Shown here: one piece after another, positions 1-11,736 of the stretch | Layout: each line of letters starts with the position of its first letter | How positions within the stretch are numbered: position 1 is the stretch's first letter | DNA from: Ascoidea asiatica JCM 7603 | Lineage: Eukaryota; Fungi; Ascomycota | Reading direction: 5' to 3' | DNA length: 64,000 nucleotides | Assembly: GCA_001600695.1 (NCBI GenBank) | Contig: BCKQ01000005.1 | Coordinates: 339,306-403,305 of the forward strand | Notes under the pieces: generated by a model | Seen by the model: the letters and a program-made list of their open reading frames with translations, nothing else | The model's database searches: none | Told to the model about the DNA's origin: nothing | Made by a program: the position numbers and the translations under genes

Positions 1-735
1 TCCAAAAGTAATGAAAAAGTCAATATTTCTGCTAATAATATCTCAAAGGTGGTACCTCTAGACAAAGGTATGGATAATCGAAAGAATAACACCATAGATG
101 ACCATGATTTCACTACAATGATCGAGGATAAAAGCGACTCTTGGATAAATCCTGCTGCTAATGAAAATGATATAAAAAGTAATTCTGCAAATGGCAATAT
201 TAGTAAAACTTCGGCTATGAATGCAAAGGAAACTAGCCCTCATGCTGATGAAACTAATAAAACGAAAACTAATTCATTTAATATAAGCAATAATAGTGCC
301 AAAATTTCTTCTGAATCTATTACAGCCATTGATCACAATGACAATACTATTAATAATAATACAATTGATACTGAAGACATCAGAATGATATTTGATGATC
401 CTGAATCAACTGTGATTGGTAATAGAAAAAGTGATTTGGATATAAATAAATTTTCAATGATGGACAAATCTTTACTTTCATCTACACTAAAGGATTTTAA
501 GTCAGGTAGCAAAGAATCCTCTGCAGATCCCGGAGAAAACTTAACATTTCCCACAGATTTAAATTTTGAAACTCATATGAACTTATATGATATTACAGGA
601 ACTCAATCGAGCGATCTAAATGTATCTAATGGCTTAAATGCTTCTGATTTTCCTAGCAGTAATTTCCTAGATCTTGATATGGATCATCTATTCAACACCA
701 CCGATGGTCCTAATGGCTTTTTTGATAATTTGTGA
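1..735 (+). CDS. 3' part of a low-complexity N/S/D-rich protein with an acidic-hydrophobic C-terminal tail (activation-domain-like); possibly FLO8-family by synteny
   Basis: Frame is open from base 1 to TGA at 733-735. It ends FLDLDMDHLFNTTDGPNGFFDNL. No diagnostic domain lies within the window. FLO8 neighbours GLE2 in S. cerevisiae, so the identity is synteny inference only. Confidence 0.6.
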   Translation, partial: SKSNEKVNISANNISKVVPLDKGMDNRKNNTIDDHDFTTMIEDKSDSWINPAANENDIKSNSANGNISKTSAMNAKETSPHADETNKTKTNSFNISNNSAKISSESITAIDHNDNTINNNTIDTEDIRMIFDDPESTVIGNRKSDLDINKFSMMDKSLLSSTLKDFKSGSKESSADPGENLTFPTDLNFETHMNLYDITGTQSSDLNVSNGLNASDFPSSNFLDLDMDHLFNTTDGPNGFFDNL

Positions 736-1357
736 AAAATTTTATTCACGAATTTTAATTTTCCTTTTTCTTTCAAATGTTTGATAAATTATGTATTTCC
801 TATTGTATTTTGTTTTCATTTTTTTTTTTAGTTTTTGTTATTTATTAGTTTTAATGTTCCTTTTGTATTGCTTATATTTTCTTGAGACATAGTTCCCTTA
901 GGACGTATAGTTTTATTTTTGATGTATTATAGTATTTTAGTTCTTATATTTTTTTCTACAAGGCTGATAAAAAAAGTTTCCTTTCAAAATTGAAACCTTC
1001 TTAAAATAGAAAATAAATTAGTATTATTGTAATTTATGTGAATTAATTCGACTTGAAAAAAAAAAGAATTATTCAAGTAGCATTGTAGTTTTTGTTTATT
1101 ATATTTAAAACTAAATTATTGAAAATTAAGAGTTCTTCATTTAAATACTTTTCTGTATAAATCTACTGAAAAGAATATTTTAAATAATTTTCAAATAAAA
1201 CATATTCAAAATCATAACAAAAAATTGCTGCTTGGCTAGAAATCCTTTAAATGGGAAACCGACTTTTAGAATTTCAAAAATAGCAATAAATAAAATTAGA
1301 ATAAAATCAAAAAATTTGAAAGAAAAAATCATCAAAAATTGAAGTTTGATATCCAGA

Positions 1358-2455
1358 TTAACCATTTTTAATTTTCACTTCAGCATCCTGAACAGAATGC
1401 AATTTTATGATATTTGGAAAATCAAGCCTGTCGGATGTATAGCCCTTAGACCAATCATTACTTAAAGCATATGCAAGAATAGATCCATTGGAATTAAAAG
1501 CTGTAGATGTTATTGAATATTGTAAACTTAAAATTTGACTTAACTTACTTTTTTTATCTTTATCCCAGAAATAAATAGCACCATCAGAACCCCCAGTACA
1601 GAAAGTTCCATAAATTGGATGAAAGCTTAAACAGTTGACTGGATAAACTTTGGGATTATTTTGTGAAGTATCTCTATGGCATCTAAAAGTGAAGTCTTTT
1701 TGCTGGTCTACAGGCTTTATGTATCTAATAGCACATCTTCCTTCAATAGAAGCAACAGCAAAACCATCGCCCTGATTAAAGCAAGCTATAACTCTTGTTT
1801 GAAATTTCAAAGGAGAACTCAGCTCTTTGAATACAACAGTGGGATTATTCAAGTCAATTATTAATATCTTTTTCTCTGCAGTTCCAATTACTAATAATTT
1901 TTCTTTAGAATCGAGAGCATAGCATTTTTCAGGTAATGATAAAATAGAAATAGGAGAAGAACTCCTTGTATCCCAATACTTAACAGTTTTATCCCAAGAG
2001 CCCGATATCACTATTGGCGTATTTGAAGGCCCACATTCTGCAAATCTGACAATTTTAACAGGAGAATCATGAATACCAATTTGTTCTGCATAATTTTTCT
2101 GGACATCATATAATTTAATTTTATTATCGCATCCACCACTTATTATCTTTGTACCATCCTTAGACCACCTAGTGGATAATACAGGTGCGTCATGTTTATA
2201 AGTGGCCTTTCCTTGTGTTGAACCATCTTCAAGTATTTCATATACTCTAACTTGGCAATCCCAAGAAGAAACAGAAAGAAAGTTTTGATCTTGAATTGGT
2301 GAAAAAGAAAGGTCTGAAATGGAATCCTGAGGTGGATCAGCAATCGTTATATCATTTGAACTGAGCAACTGACTATCTGAATTCAGCGAATTAAATAAGC
2401 CGGATGAATTTGATGTTGATATTACTGGGTTCGATGAACTAGAAAAGAAAGACAT
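1358..2455 (-). CDS. GLE2: WD40 mRNA export factor / nucleoporin Gle2 (Rae1)
   Basis: PPQDSISDLSFSP, SGSWDKTVKYWD, SPLKFQTR, ASIEGRCAI, FTFRCHR, FHPIYGTF and DWSKG are Gle2/Rae1 motifs. Confidence 0.93.
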   Translation of the reverse strand: MSFFSSSSNPVISTSNSSGLFNSLNSDSQLLSSNDITIADPPQDSISDLSFSPIQDQNFLSVSSWDCQVRVYEILEDGSTQGKATYKHDAPVLSTRWSKDGTKIISGGCDNKIKLYDVQKNYAEQIGIHDSPVKIVRFAECGPSNTPIVISGSWDKTVKYWDTRSSSPISILSLPEKCYALDSKEKLLVIGTAEKKILIIDLNNPTVVFKELSSPLKFQTRVIACFNQGDGFAVASIEGRCAIRYIKPVDQQKDFTFRCHRDTSQNNPKVYPVNCLSFHPIYGTFCTGGSDGAIYFWDKDKKSKLSQILSLQYSITSTAFNSNGSILAYALSNDWSKGYTSDRLDFPNIIKLHSVQDAEVKIKNG

Positions 2456-2815
2456 TTATTAAAAATTGATAAGAAACAAAAAAAACATCGTCAAAAAAGA
2501 ATTATTTTTGTGCTTATTGTTTGGCAGTCAGCCGAGATAAGCATATGTAAAGGTGCGAGTAAATGCTTTTTCAGTAACGCTCCTTCGCCAGTAGTAAAAC
2601 ATCAAAACAGACGGGTAATTCGCAACCTTTAAGCTCTTGAAATAAAGGTAACGATAAGTAATTTATTTGAGTGTATCTGACAAAGCCCAAAAACAATAAT
2701 TTAAATTTTTATTTCTTGATTTCTATTTTATTGTTTCCTTTTTTTGTATTTTTCACTCGTACAACAAGCAAAAGAAAATATCGCTAAGTTTTAGAATGCT
2801 AGAAACATAAATAAT

Positions 2816-5635
2816 ATGTCTAATATAAGTTTTCAAGTACCTGTTGTAACGTTCAAAAAATATTCCAAAGATGAAAGCTCCATACCATTAAAGAGATTCA
2901 CTAGAATAAAGAATTATGAAAATTATTCTCAAATTGATTGGTCTTATGAAAATCAATCCGAAAGAATAATCGCTCAGAATAATCCTACTGCAAAATCGTT
3001 ATTCAATAGGGTAGAAAAATGGCTTATACTAATATCTGCTGGTTTAATAATTGGAACTATAACATCTTGGATTGATTTATCTTCTAAATGGCTATATGAT
3101 ATAAGGACTGGTTATTGCAAAGATGGTTTTTATCTAACTAAATCGAATTGCTGTTTGGGATTCTCATTAGATCAATGTTCCTCTTGGAATAATTGGAATG
3201 AATATGCAAATTTATCTAATTCTTCTTTTGCTTCATATCTTATAAATTTTTTCATTTATATTGTAACTTCCATATTTTTATGTCTAATAGCTGTCAAATT
3301 AGTATTTAAGGCACCTTTTAGTATTAAATCAGGGCTAGTTGAAATCAGATTAATATTATCTGGTTTAATATTGAATCATTTTTTTGATATCAAGGTTTTA
3401 TTAGTGAAATCTGTTGGCTTAATATTAGTTGTTGGATCAGGATTATGGGTTGGGAAGGAAGGACCTTTAGTTCATATTTCATGTTGCGTAGTTCATGCTT
3501 TGATAAGTCTTTTCCTTTATTTGAAAAATAATAATTATACTAAGAATGAAGCTTTAAAACGAAGTTTATTACCTGCCTCAATCGCAGCTGGAATTGCTGT
3601 TGCATTCAATGCACCTATTGGAGGAGTATTATTTACTTTGGAACAATTCAACTCATCATTCCTTAATATTGATAAATTAATGTGGAATTGCTTTGTTTGT
3701 GCAACAATTGCCACTGTCGTCCTTCAAATTCTATATCCATTCAAAGAGGGTAATAATGTTTTGTTTGCTGTTACAATGCAACAAAATTGGTTTAGTTTTG
3801 AAATCGTACCCTTCGTCTTTCTTGGTATTTTAGGGGGGATATATGGTTTTCTTTTCTCAAAATTGAATTTATTCTTCTCAAAGTTAAGAAGCCGATTTAT
3901 AGGTAATGATTCTACAAAAAGAGTTTTAGAAATTATTTTACTTTCTATTGTCACTTCAATAACTACTTATCCTTTGATATTCGCTAAACTTCCTTTATCA
4001 ACTTTAATAAAGAGATTATATGCAGAATGTGATAGTAAAATGCTTAATTCTACATCTTCTGTAATACTAGAAGATTTATGTTCGATCAAGGATGACGATA
4101 TCAAGAATTTTCAAACCAAGGCATTTATTCTATTGATTTTGACTGCAATTCAAGGTTTAATTTTAAATTCTTATTCATTTGGAGCTTATATTCCTGGAGG
4201 GATTTTGATGCCTTCATTGGCAGTTGGTGCATGTATTGGAAGATCTTTAGGAATTTTGATGAGTTATATTCAGATAAATCATTCCGATTGGGCTGTTTTT
4301 GGAGAATGTGCTTCTTTACTAGATTCAAGTTCTTCTGACTCATCTTTCAGAACAACTTTAAGCTCAATTTCAGCTTTTTTTGGCTCGATAACTGGAGATC
4401 AAAATAATAATAGCTCCAAGGTTATATTAACTTCACAATGTATTTCAGCAGGCGCTTATGCTGTGATTGGATCAGCTGCATTTCTAACTGGAGTTACGAA
4501 ACTTACCGTTTCTATTGTAGTTATTGTTTTTGAACTTACCGGTGCTTTGACATATGTTTTGCCTATAATGATTTCTGTTTTAGTTTCCAAACATACAAAT
4601 GATTTTTTAACTTCTAAAAGTTGTTATGACATTTGGATAGGGCTAAATAAGTTCGAAACTAACTATCTAGATGAAAATTTAAGTAATAATACAAAGCCTG
4701 TTCCTCTTCTTAGAGCGGAAGATATAATGATTGGGTTGAAAGAAATTTGTTGTATATATGCGGAAGATTATTTAGTTTATTATTGTCCAGAAGTTTTACG
4801 ACTTATCAATAAAAATAACCGATTTAACCAAAACAACCTTGAAACTAGTGGAATTAATGTCGAGGGAAAATCTCAAAGGTTAAATATAAAGTCATTGATG
4901 AATTTAATTGAACTCAGTGATCCATTCCCTAAACATTTGACAACTGCTCAAAAGGATTTTATATCTTATTCATATCATTATGATAATAATTATTTGAATT
5001 CAACTCAAAACGCTTATTACAGTTTTCATCTAAAGGATATTGAAGGGTTTCCTGTCCTTAAATCTCAAGCAGAACCTATTTTAATTGGATGGATTTCTAA
5101 ATCTGAACTTAAAATAGAACTAGAAAGAATAGGGACAATATCAAATATAGACACTGAGTTAACTGTTGAGTTTCTTTCTGATCGTCAAAATGATCCAAGT
5201 CATTGGGATAACTGGCAAATAAGTGTTGAAAATTTAGATGATGGAAAAAAAATTCAGTCATCCTTAGTTGAAAATAATAATATAGAAGAAGATTTAAACA
5301 ACAAAATTTCTAGTACTGATGAAATATCAAATATCAGTCCAGAAAAATTTCCAATGGATCAATTAATTGAGCCTTTGAATTCTCAAGTAATTGTCTCGAA
5401 GCAGCTAGATTTAATAACTGTGATTGAGTTTTTCAATAAAATGAATTTAAATATTGTTTTTGTAAACAATGAAGAAGGAAATTTGAATGGTGTGATTAAG
5501 AAGAGTACTATAACAAAGTGTGTTGAAAGTAATTATGAGTCTAATAGCTTATTAGCTAAAAGCATGTACAATAATAGTAATAATAGTAATAATAGTAATA
5601 ATGCTAATAATCAAAATGGAAGAAGTAGTGAGTGA
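2816..5635 (+). CDS. CLC-family chloride channel/transporter (Gef1-like paralog) with C-terminal CBS-type region
   Basis: GKEGPLVH, AAGIAVAFNAPIGGVLF, YAVIGSAAFL and VVIVFELTG motifs; many transmembrane helices. Confidence 0.92.
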   Translation: MSNISFQVPVVTFKKYSKDESSIPLKRFTRIKNYENYSQIDWSYENQSERIIAQNNPTAKSLFNRVEKWLILISAGLIIGTITSWIDLSSKWLYDIRTGYCKDGFYLTKSNCCLGFSLDQCSSWNNWNEYANLSNSSFASYLINFFIYIVTSIFLCLIAVKLVFKAPFSIKSGLVEIRLILSGLILNHFFDIKVLLVKSVGLILVVGSGLWVGKEGPLVHISCCVVHALISLFLYLKNNNYTKNEALKRSLLPASIAAGIAVAFNAPIGGVLFTLEQFNSSFLNIDKLMWNCFVCATIATVVLQILYPFKEGNNVLFAVTMQQNWFSFEIVPFVFLGILGGIYGFLFSKLNLFFSKLRSRFIGNDSTKRVLEIILLSIVTSITTYPLIFAKLPLSTLIKRLYAECDSKMLNSTSSVILEDLCSIKDDDIKNFQTKAFILLILTAIQGLILNSYSFGAYIPGGILMPSLAVGACIGRSLGILMSYIQINHSDWAVFGECASLLDSSSSDSSFRTTLSSISAFFGSITGDQNNNSSKVILTSQCISAGAYAVIGSAAFLTGVTKLTVSIVVIVFELTGALTYVLPIMISVLVSKHTNDFLTSKSCYDIWIGLNKFETNYLDENLSNNTKPVPLLRAEDIMIGLKEICCIYAEDYLVYYCPEVLRLINKNNRFNQNNLETSGINVEGKSQRLNIKSLMNLIELSDPFPKHLTTAQKDFISYSYHYDNNYLNSTQNAYYSFHLKDIEGFPVLKSQAEPILIGWISKSELKIELERIGTISNIDTELTVEFLSDRQNDPSHWDNWQISVENLDDGKKIQSSLVENNNIEEDLNNKISSTDEISNISPEKFPMDQLIEPLNSQVIVSKQLDLITVIEFFNKMNLNIVFVNNEEGNLNGVIKKSTITKCVESNYESNSLLAKSMYNNSNNSNNSNNANNQNGRSSE

Positions 5636-6084
5636 TACCTTTTTGGAATCTATTAGGAAATCTTAAATAAAATACAATAGACAATTCAATATAGAAAAAT
5701 TTGATAATCAAACTTAAAAATGTTATAATTAATTTAAACAACCTAGCAAATAATTAATCTCAATAAAACTATAAAATTCTTTTTTACTATTGTAAATACA
5801 GTATATTCACCATTTATTTTTATAGAAAAAATACAAACAAGAGGAATTTTGAGGAAAGCTTCGATGATATATTTAAAAGTAGATTTTGAAAAGAAGAATA
5901 TTTTAGTTATTACAGTGCTTCACTGAATTTATAGATATGATAGATAGATATTAAGATGATAAAAAAATAGATAAGTAAAAAAGAATAAAAACCTAAAGAT
6001 TGAAACATAATATAATAAAAGTGATTTATTTTTTCAAAAAATAGTAAATCGAAATTTGAAGTGAAAAAAACTAATTTTATTATA

Positions 6085-6959
6085 TTATATAAAGGCATTC
6101 TGCTGTTTTTCTTCTTGTAGCATTACATTTACTAATTCTTGTAGAGGACCAAAATCTTTTTCATTAATTAAATCAAAATTTTTAGAAAATAAAACAAAAT
6201 GCTTTAAACTTGTATTTAAATGAGTTTGTAAACCTAATTCAGTAATTTCATCAAAATGATGACAATAAATATGAGCATAAACTCTAAATAATCTTTTCAT
6301 AATTGTTTTACTTAAAGCTAAAAATTGAGTTGGAAATGGTTGACCATTTTTAGTTGGAAAAATTTCATCATCATCAAAAAATTGTTGAATCCAAGTCATT
6401 AAATTTTCAATATAATTTGGAGCAGGTAAAGAAATTGGTTTTTTTGAATTTACATCTTGCCAAAGATATTCATATTCATTAGTTGCAATCATTCTTGGAC
6501 AAGTTTTTGGAGAACAAAATTCAGTTATTGTTCCATATAACATATTAATTTGATTATAAAAATCAACAAGGTGAAGAGCTAACCATTCATTTAAATCTTC
6601 ATCTTTTGGTAATTTAACTGCTTGAGCTAAAGCAGAACCAGAACCTAAAGTTGCTTCTGCAAAATTTCTAATATCTCTATGAGATGTTATTGAAGAACCT
6701 TGAGTTGGGGAAGTAGACTTTATGGCCTTTGTTGTTGAATAAGGATTTATATTATTTCCAGTTTGTGTTTGAGTTGGACTTGAACTTTGATTGATTCTTT
6801 TGAATCCTCTGACTGTCCTCAAAGCATGATTAGAATTTGTATTTAAGTGTCTAATTGAGTTAGTATAAATGAGAAAATAGAAAATAATAACCCTTAATAT
6901 TTTTTGAGAAAGATAAAAGAAAAAAAGCAAACATACAGGCTTTGAAAGAAAGAAGACAT
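6085..6959 (-). CDS. MOB1: Mob1 kinase activator (mitotic exit network); two exons 6959-6937 and 6850-6085, 262 aa
   Basis: [44 protein letters not shown]. The spliced start [15 protein letters not shown] is in frame. Confidence 0.93.
6851..6936 (-). other. Spliceosomal intron of MOB1 (86 nt)
   Basis: GTATGT 5' site, TACTAAC branch (6865-6859), TAG 3' site. Removal restores the frame. Similar 5' position to the S. cerevisiae MOB1 intron. Confidence 0.92.
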
Positions 6960-7294
6960 TTTTATGAAATCTTAGATAATAATTATAATATAATAGATAA
7001 AAATAAATTCAAATATCTTATTTGAAAAAAAAAAACAGTATAATTTTTAATTTTTTATATAATTCACTTAATCAAAAGTATTTATTAGCTATTTCACTTT
7101 TCAGTTCCCATTCCAGCAGAATCTAAACCGCTTTTTTCAATAAACTTTCTTGATTTTAAAAAAAAGAATATTACTTCGATTTCAATAAATTAATTTTATA
7201 ACTGATAGATAATTAAGACTTCATGAATTATTTCACGAATGATTTCATTATCAATTTCAATATTATTTCAAAATCATTTCACAATCATTTTTGT

Positions 7295-8172
7295 TGTTTA
7301 CACTTTTCCGTTTTGATCAGCATCACGTAAACACAAAAAGTGCAAGCTTACTAAAGCCGTGATAATGGTCTCGTCCATGTCATGTGAAATAATCAATCAC
7401 ATGATAAAAACTTTTCTGCTGCTTTTGCAGTTTTTGCTGCTTTTGCAGTTAGGGAAGAAAAGAGAAGTGCTGAAAAAACAATGAAGAGATAATTCAGAAG
7501 CATTCCTCAACTTCCCAAGCATATGTTTGAAATAGAGGAAACAAATTAAAACTAAAAAAACAATGCTAATTAAATATACGTAAATTCTTGATCAAGAAAC
7601 AGTTGGATGATTACTTGAGAGATGTTGTTCTCCTTTGAAAATGCAATGTAAATGTGATAGATTGATTAGCTTGATAGTTCGTACGAAATTTTTAGAATCC
7701 TCTTTTATCTTTAACTGATTCTAGGCAATTCTAGCTTTACGCGATAAAAACATGAAAACACAAAAATAAAAGAATAAAAAAATATGTCAGTATGAAAACA
7801 TCAATATCAGTTATTTTCTTCGTGATGTTTCTCAGATTTCGAGTTTGTGCAAAACGCTAAAAACATAAAAAAAAACATAAAAAAAAACAATCGCGTGCTG
7901 GAAAACAGTAAACAAAAGCGAATCTGAGTAAACAGAAGCAAAAAAGAGTGTTCGCTAATTTATCAGTGTTCGCTAACGGGTTTTGAGAATCCGGTGCCTG
8001 GATTTCATACCAAAACACGGTAAAATCCACGTAATTTTTGGTTTTGAAATGGCGTTTGCAAAATTTGTTCGCTATTTCTGAATAAACGTTCTTTTAAGAC
8101 GTTGGTGTTTGTTTGTTTGTTATCTTTTGCCTGTTTATTTGTTTGTTTGTATGTTTGCATGTTTATGTTTAC
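7295..8172. promoter_or_regulatory. Divergent MOB1/NRM1 promoter with forkhead and MCB-like cell-cycle elements
   Basis: GTAAACA/TGTTTAC at 7295, 7327, 7908, 7928 and 8166; ACGCGA/TCGCGT at 7739 and 7891. Confidence 0.55.
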
Positions 8173-8471
8173 GAGTCTTGCACAGAACAACAATAAATTA
8201 TTTTATGAAGATACGTGAAATGAATTGAATAAGTTGAATAAAGTGAATTGATTGAATCAACATCAATGCTATTGCAATATTTCATAATAGACTTCGAGAT
8301 CAAAAGAGAATAACATTCGTCATATATAAACTCTGGTAATTCGTATTATAAGTTTCATTCATCAACTCTTTTTTTTTTTTTTTATCTTGAAGCTTTATTC
8401 ATTTATTTGAAGCTCATAAATTTCATTTATAATTCAAATTGATACTTTTTTTTTTTATTCGATAAGTAATC

Positions 8472-9551
8472 ATGTCTCTGTTCAGTTCAAATAATTCAAT
8501 AACTCGTTTACCTTTAGCTCCAATAGATTCAAATGTTCATTTGAATAATAAATCATCTCCTTCCAAAAAGAAGTTTTATAAAAATAAAGATGATAATGAT
8601 AAAAATTTAGATTTTTTTGATTATTCTAAATTTCTAAAAAAAGAAGAATCAAGTCTGATTTCAAAAAATATTTATACCGATTTTAAGATATCCAAATCTT
8701 ATAAACAAAATGGTTCAAGTAATAAAAAACATATGAAAAATGATGATATATATATTGGTTCTGATATTCATATACTACATGCAACGAAACTAAAATCAAG
8801 ATTACAATTAGCTTATTTCAAATTATGTTCAAAAAAACAAATAAATTCTCTGGAAACTCCAATTAATAATAAAAATGAATTTATTTCAAAAAATAGTTCA
8901 ACAAAAATTACTTTACCTTCATTAACTGATTTAATTTCACAACAAAATATAACTTCTCTAACTCCTCCTGCTTCTACTTTTAATTTAAAATGTAAAGATA
9001 TTATCAATTCAAAAAAAAATTCTGAATTTAAATTACCTTTACCAAAATTAGATACATTCTCAAATAATATAAAAAATGATTCTATTAAAACTTTTATACC
9101 ACAATCCCACAATTTATTTACTCCTCCAACAACTTCTACCCCTTTCAATATAAAAATTAATGCAAATTCTATGATAAAAAAAAATCTTAGTAATTTGAAC
9201 ATGAATACTAATATTAATAAATGTAATAGTAATAATAACAATAATCTCAATAATTTTATAATTCCAAATACCTCTGTAACTTTTACTAATCAAGCTTTAT
9301 CTGAATCTACCCCTTTTAAAAATATCAATGTATCTAATGAAAAAAATGTTAAAAGCTTTTCTCAACAAAGAAATATTCAATCTGATACTAACAAAGAGCG
9401 AATGTTATCATCTAGTCCTATAAAACATAGTAATTTAGATGTCAAAAAATCTAATGATTCAAATTATAATAATCAAGTTGACGAGAATTCAACTCCTTCA
9501 TCTGTTGGTGCGGCTGCTAAATCATTATTACAGTTGGCTTTCAATAGTTGA
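8472..9551 (+). CDS. NRM1: Whi5/Nrm1-family G1/S transcriptional corepressor
   Basis: GTB motif ATKLKSRLQLAYFK; N-terminal D-box-like RLPLAPIDSN; multiple S/T-P sites; C-terminal TPSSVGAAAKSLLQL. Confidence 0.75.
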   Translation: MSLFSSNNSITRLPLAPIDSNVHLNNKSSPSKKKFYKNKDDNDKNLDFFDYSKFLKKEESSLISKNIYTDFKISKSYKQNGSSNKKHMKNDDIYIGSDIHILHATKLKSRLQLAYFKLCSKKQINSLETPINNKNEFISKNSSTKITLPSLTDLISQQNITSLTPPASTFNLKCKDIINSKKNSEFKLPLPKLDTFSNNIKNDSIKTFIPQSHNLFTPPTTSTPFNIKINANSMIKKNLSNLNMNTNINKCNSNNNNNLNNFIIPNTSVTFTNQALSESTPFKNINVSNEKNVKSFSQQRNIQSDTNKERMLSSSPIKHSNLDVKKSNDSNYNNQVDENSTPSSVGAAAKSLLQLAFNS

Positions 9552-9750
9552 TATAAAAAAACATGCTTTTCTTAAATCATTACCTTTTATTTTTTTTTTC
9601 CTTTTTATTTATCTTTTTGTTTCAATTCTCTTTTACAGCATTTAAAATTCTTTTTAGCTTTTTTTCCTATTTTTTAAAACTTTCTTCATTTATTGTATAT
9701 TATATACTTTATAGTGTTATTTTTATACTAGTAATAATATATTACTAGTT

Positions 9751-11526
9751 TTATGTACGACTAGAACGAGTTGCTTCTTCATATGTTGGTAATTCGTTAT
9801 TACTAGATATATTTTCATTTATTGTGGAATTTCTAATTTCTCCATTATTTATATTTGTATAATTATTACCTGGAACATAATTTCCATTTGTATTTTGAAG
9901 ATTATTTTGATTGAAAATTTCTGATGAGGTACCTGTAGTAGAAGTTGAAGATCCTGAAATATTTGCTTCTTGGCCTCTTAAAAAATTTCCAACTTCCGAA
10001 AATAATCCTGAAAGAACTACATCACTTGGTATACTACCATCAACCATTCTTTGTCTATTCAAATAATCTAATAATTCACGTTGAGATAAATTAATATCAG
10101 TTATCACTTGAATAGGAGATTCTAATTGTATCATAATTTCTTCGGATCGTTTATTTGAGTTGGCACCCTCAAAATTAAAAAAACTACAACAAATTTTAAT
10201 TGTAAAATTTCTTGAGAAATTACAAATTTGAAAATTTGCAACAATTCCATTAGGTATTTTAATTTGTTTAAAATCATAAGGAATTTTAATTTCAAACAAA
10301 TTTGAATCTCTTGAACATACTTGAAGTTTACTTAAGTCAATTTCAATTATTTTATTTAACGATAATAAATTCATAACTCCAAGATATGAATGATTTAATT
10401 CTTGAGCCCTAGTATCAGATGAAACAATTAAATCAATAGAAATTGATTGAATAAATATTTTTCCCTTTCCATTTGATTTAATAAATGCTTCCGGGCCAAT
10501 TTTCGATACTATGTATAAATCACCAGAATAATTTTTTCCTGGAATTAAATAGCCTGGATATGCAAATCTTGCTTCTAATGAAAATAATACTTGATCATAG
10601 TTAGACAACTTTCTAGTTGTATTTCTTATTAAATTATTAGAATTACCTCTAACTCTAGAGAAAACATTACGGGCTATTATAGAATTTAAAAAAGAAGAAT
10701 TCCCAACTGTTTGCTGATCATCTTGAGAATTAAAGGAATCATTAGTGATATTTTTTTCTTTATATAAAATACCATCTTTTCTAAAAAATACTTCCTTATT
10801 ACTTAAATGATTCTCAGAATCTTCTATTAAGAGATCATTTAAAGGTAAAAAAGGGAATGCTCTAATAGTTCTACCGTTTATCTTTAAAAAGTTTGGTCTT
10901 GATACAGTACATTTTATAAAATATTCAACTGATATATGAGACTGTAGATTTATATCTTGTTCACATTTTTCATTAAAAGAAGGAGGTAAAGGATAATTAT
11001 GAAGATGTTTTTGAGAATTAACATTATTGAAAAATTCAAATTTATTTCCAATAGAGTTTTTATTTCCACCATCAAGTTGAATTCTATTAGTAATTTTACT
11101 TAAATTAAAATTTGCTAATGGATCATTCGCAGGTTGATGGTTAAATTTTTCATTATCATTACTTTCACCAGCAACACAGCTAGTAAATTTGAAAGGTATT
11201 TCAAATTCAAAATTATAAGTATGAGTTCCTGGAATTACTGTCAACTTTCCAGAATCTCCTGCTTTTAGAACAGTTACAGTCTTATATAAGAATTTATGAG
11301 TTTCTGCTCTATTAAGTACTCTAGGCTTACGTGATTTTGGGTGAATATAATGTTTTTGAATGGAAGTATTAGAGACACCTTCCAACTTTAAAACTATTGA
11401 GCTTATGGTGACTTGAGAATGAGCTTTGAGAGTAACTGTTCCTAGGATTTTATCATAATTTGTATAAATTCCCTCTCTGTTTTTTGGCTTTTTTAGATCT
11501 ATTAAAATATCGTATGAAAAACCCAT
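9751..11526 (-). CDS. Alpha-arrestin-like protein (Art10-type Rsp5 adaptor)
   Basis: YTNYDKILGTVTL..LKLEG, PGTHTYNFEF, LPPSF, VEYFIKCTVSRP; C-terminal PY-type motif LPTYEEA. Confidence 0.75.
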   Translation of the reverse strand: MGFSYDILIDLKKPKNREGIYTNYDKILGTVTLKAHSQVTISSIVLKLEGVSNTSIQKHYIHPKSRKPRVLNRAETHKFLYKTVTVLKAGDSGKLTVIPGTHTYNFEFEIPFKFTSCVAGESNDNEKFNHQPANDPLANFNLSKITNRIQLDGGNKNSIGNKFEFFNNVNSQKHLHNYPLPPSFNEKCEQDINLQSHISVEYFIKCTVSRPNFLKINGRTIRAFPFLPLNDLLIEDSENHLSNKEVFFRKDGILYKEKNITNDSFNSQDDQQTVGNSSFLNSIIARNVFSRVRGNSNNLIRNTTRKLSNYDQVLFSLEARFAYPGYLIPGKNYSGDLYIVSKIGPEAFIKSNGKGKIFIQSISIDLIVSSDTRAQELNHSYLGVMNLLSLNKIIEIDLSKLQVCSRDSNLFEIKIPYDFKQIKIPNGIVANFQICNFSRNFTIKICCSFFNFEGANSNKRSEEIMIQLESPIQVITDINLSQRELLDYLNRQRMVDGSIPSDVVLSGLFSEVGNFLRGQEANISGSSTSTTGTSSEIFNQNNLQNTNGNYVPGNNYTNINNGEIRNSTINENISSNNELPTYEEATRSSRT

Positions 11527-11736
11527 GATAGTTGAATTTATTCCTTGACTATTAATAATACAAAATGTAACAAATATAATCAGAAAAATAAGTAAATGTC
11601 TTTATTCAAAGTGAATAATGTCATATGGAGATAATAATTATCATAAATATTTATGATTATTCAAATTACTGAATTTATCTCTACCTGAATAGTGTTTTTC
11701 CTCAAGTAATAAATGATATTGATGATATTGATATTA

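Noticed and set aside
6851-6930. N-terminal MLFFFYL... extension of MOB1 in the ORF track
   Set aside because: It is intron sequence read through in frame from a TTG.
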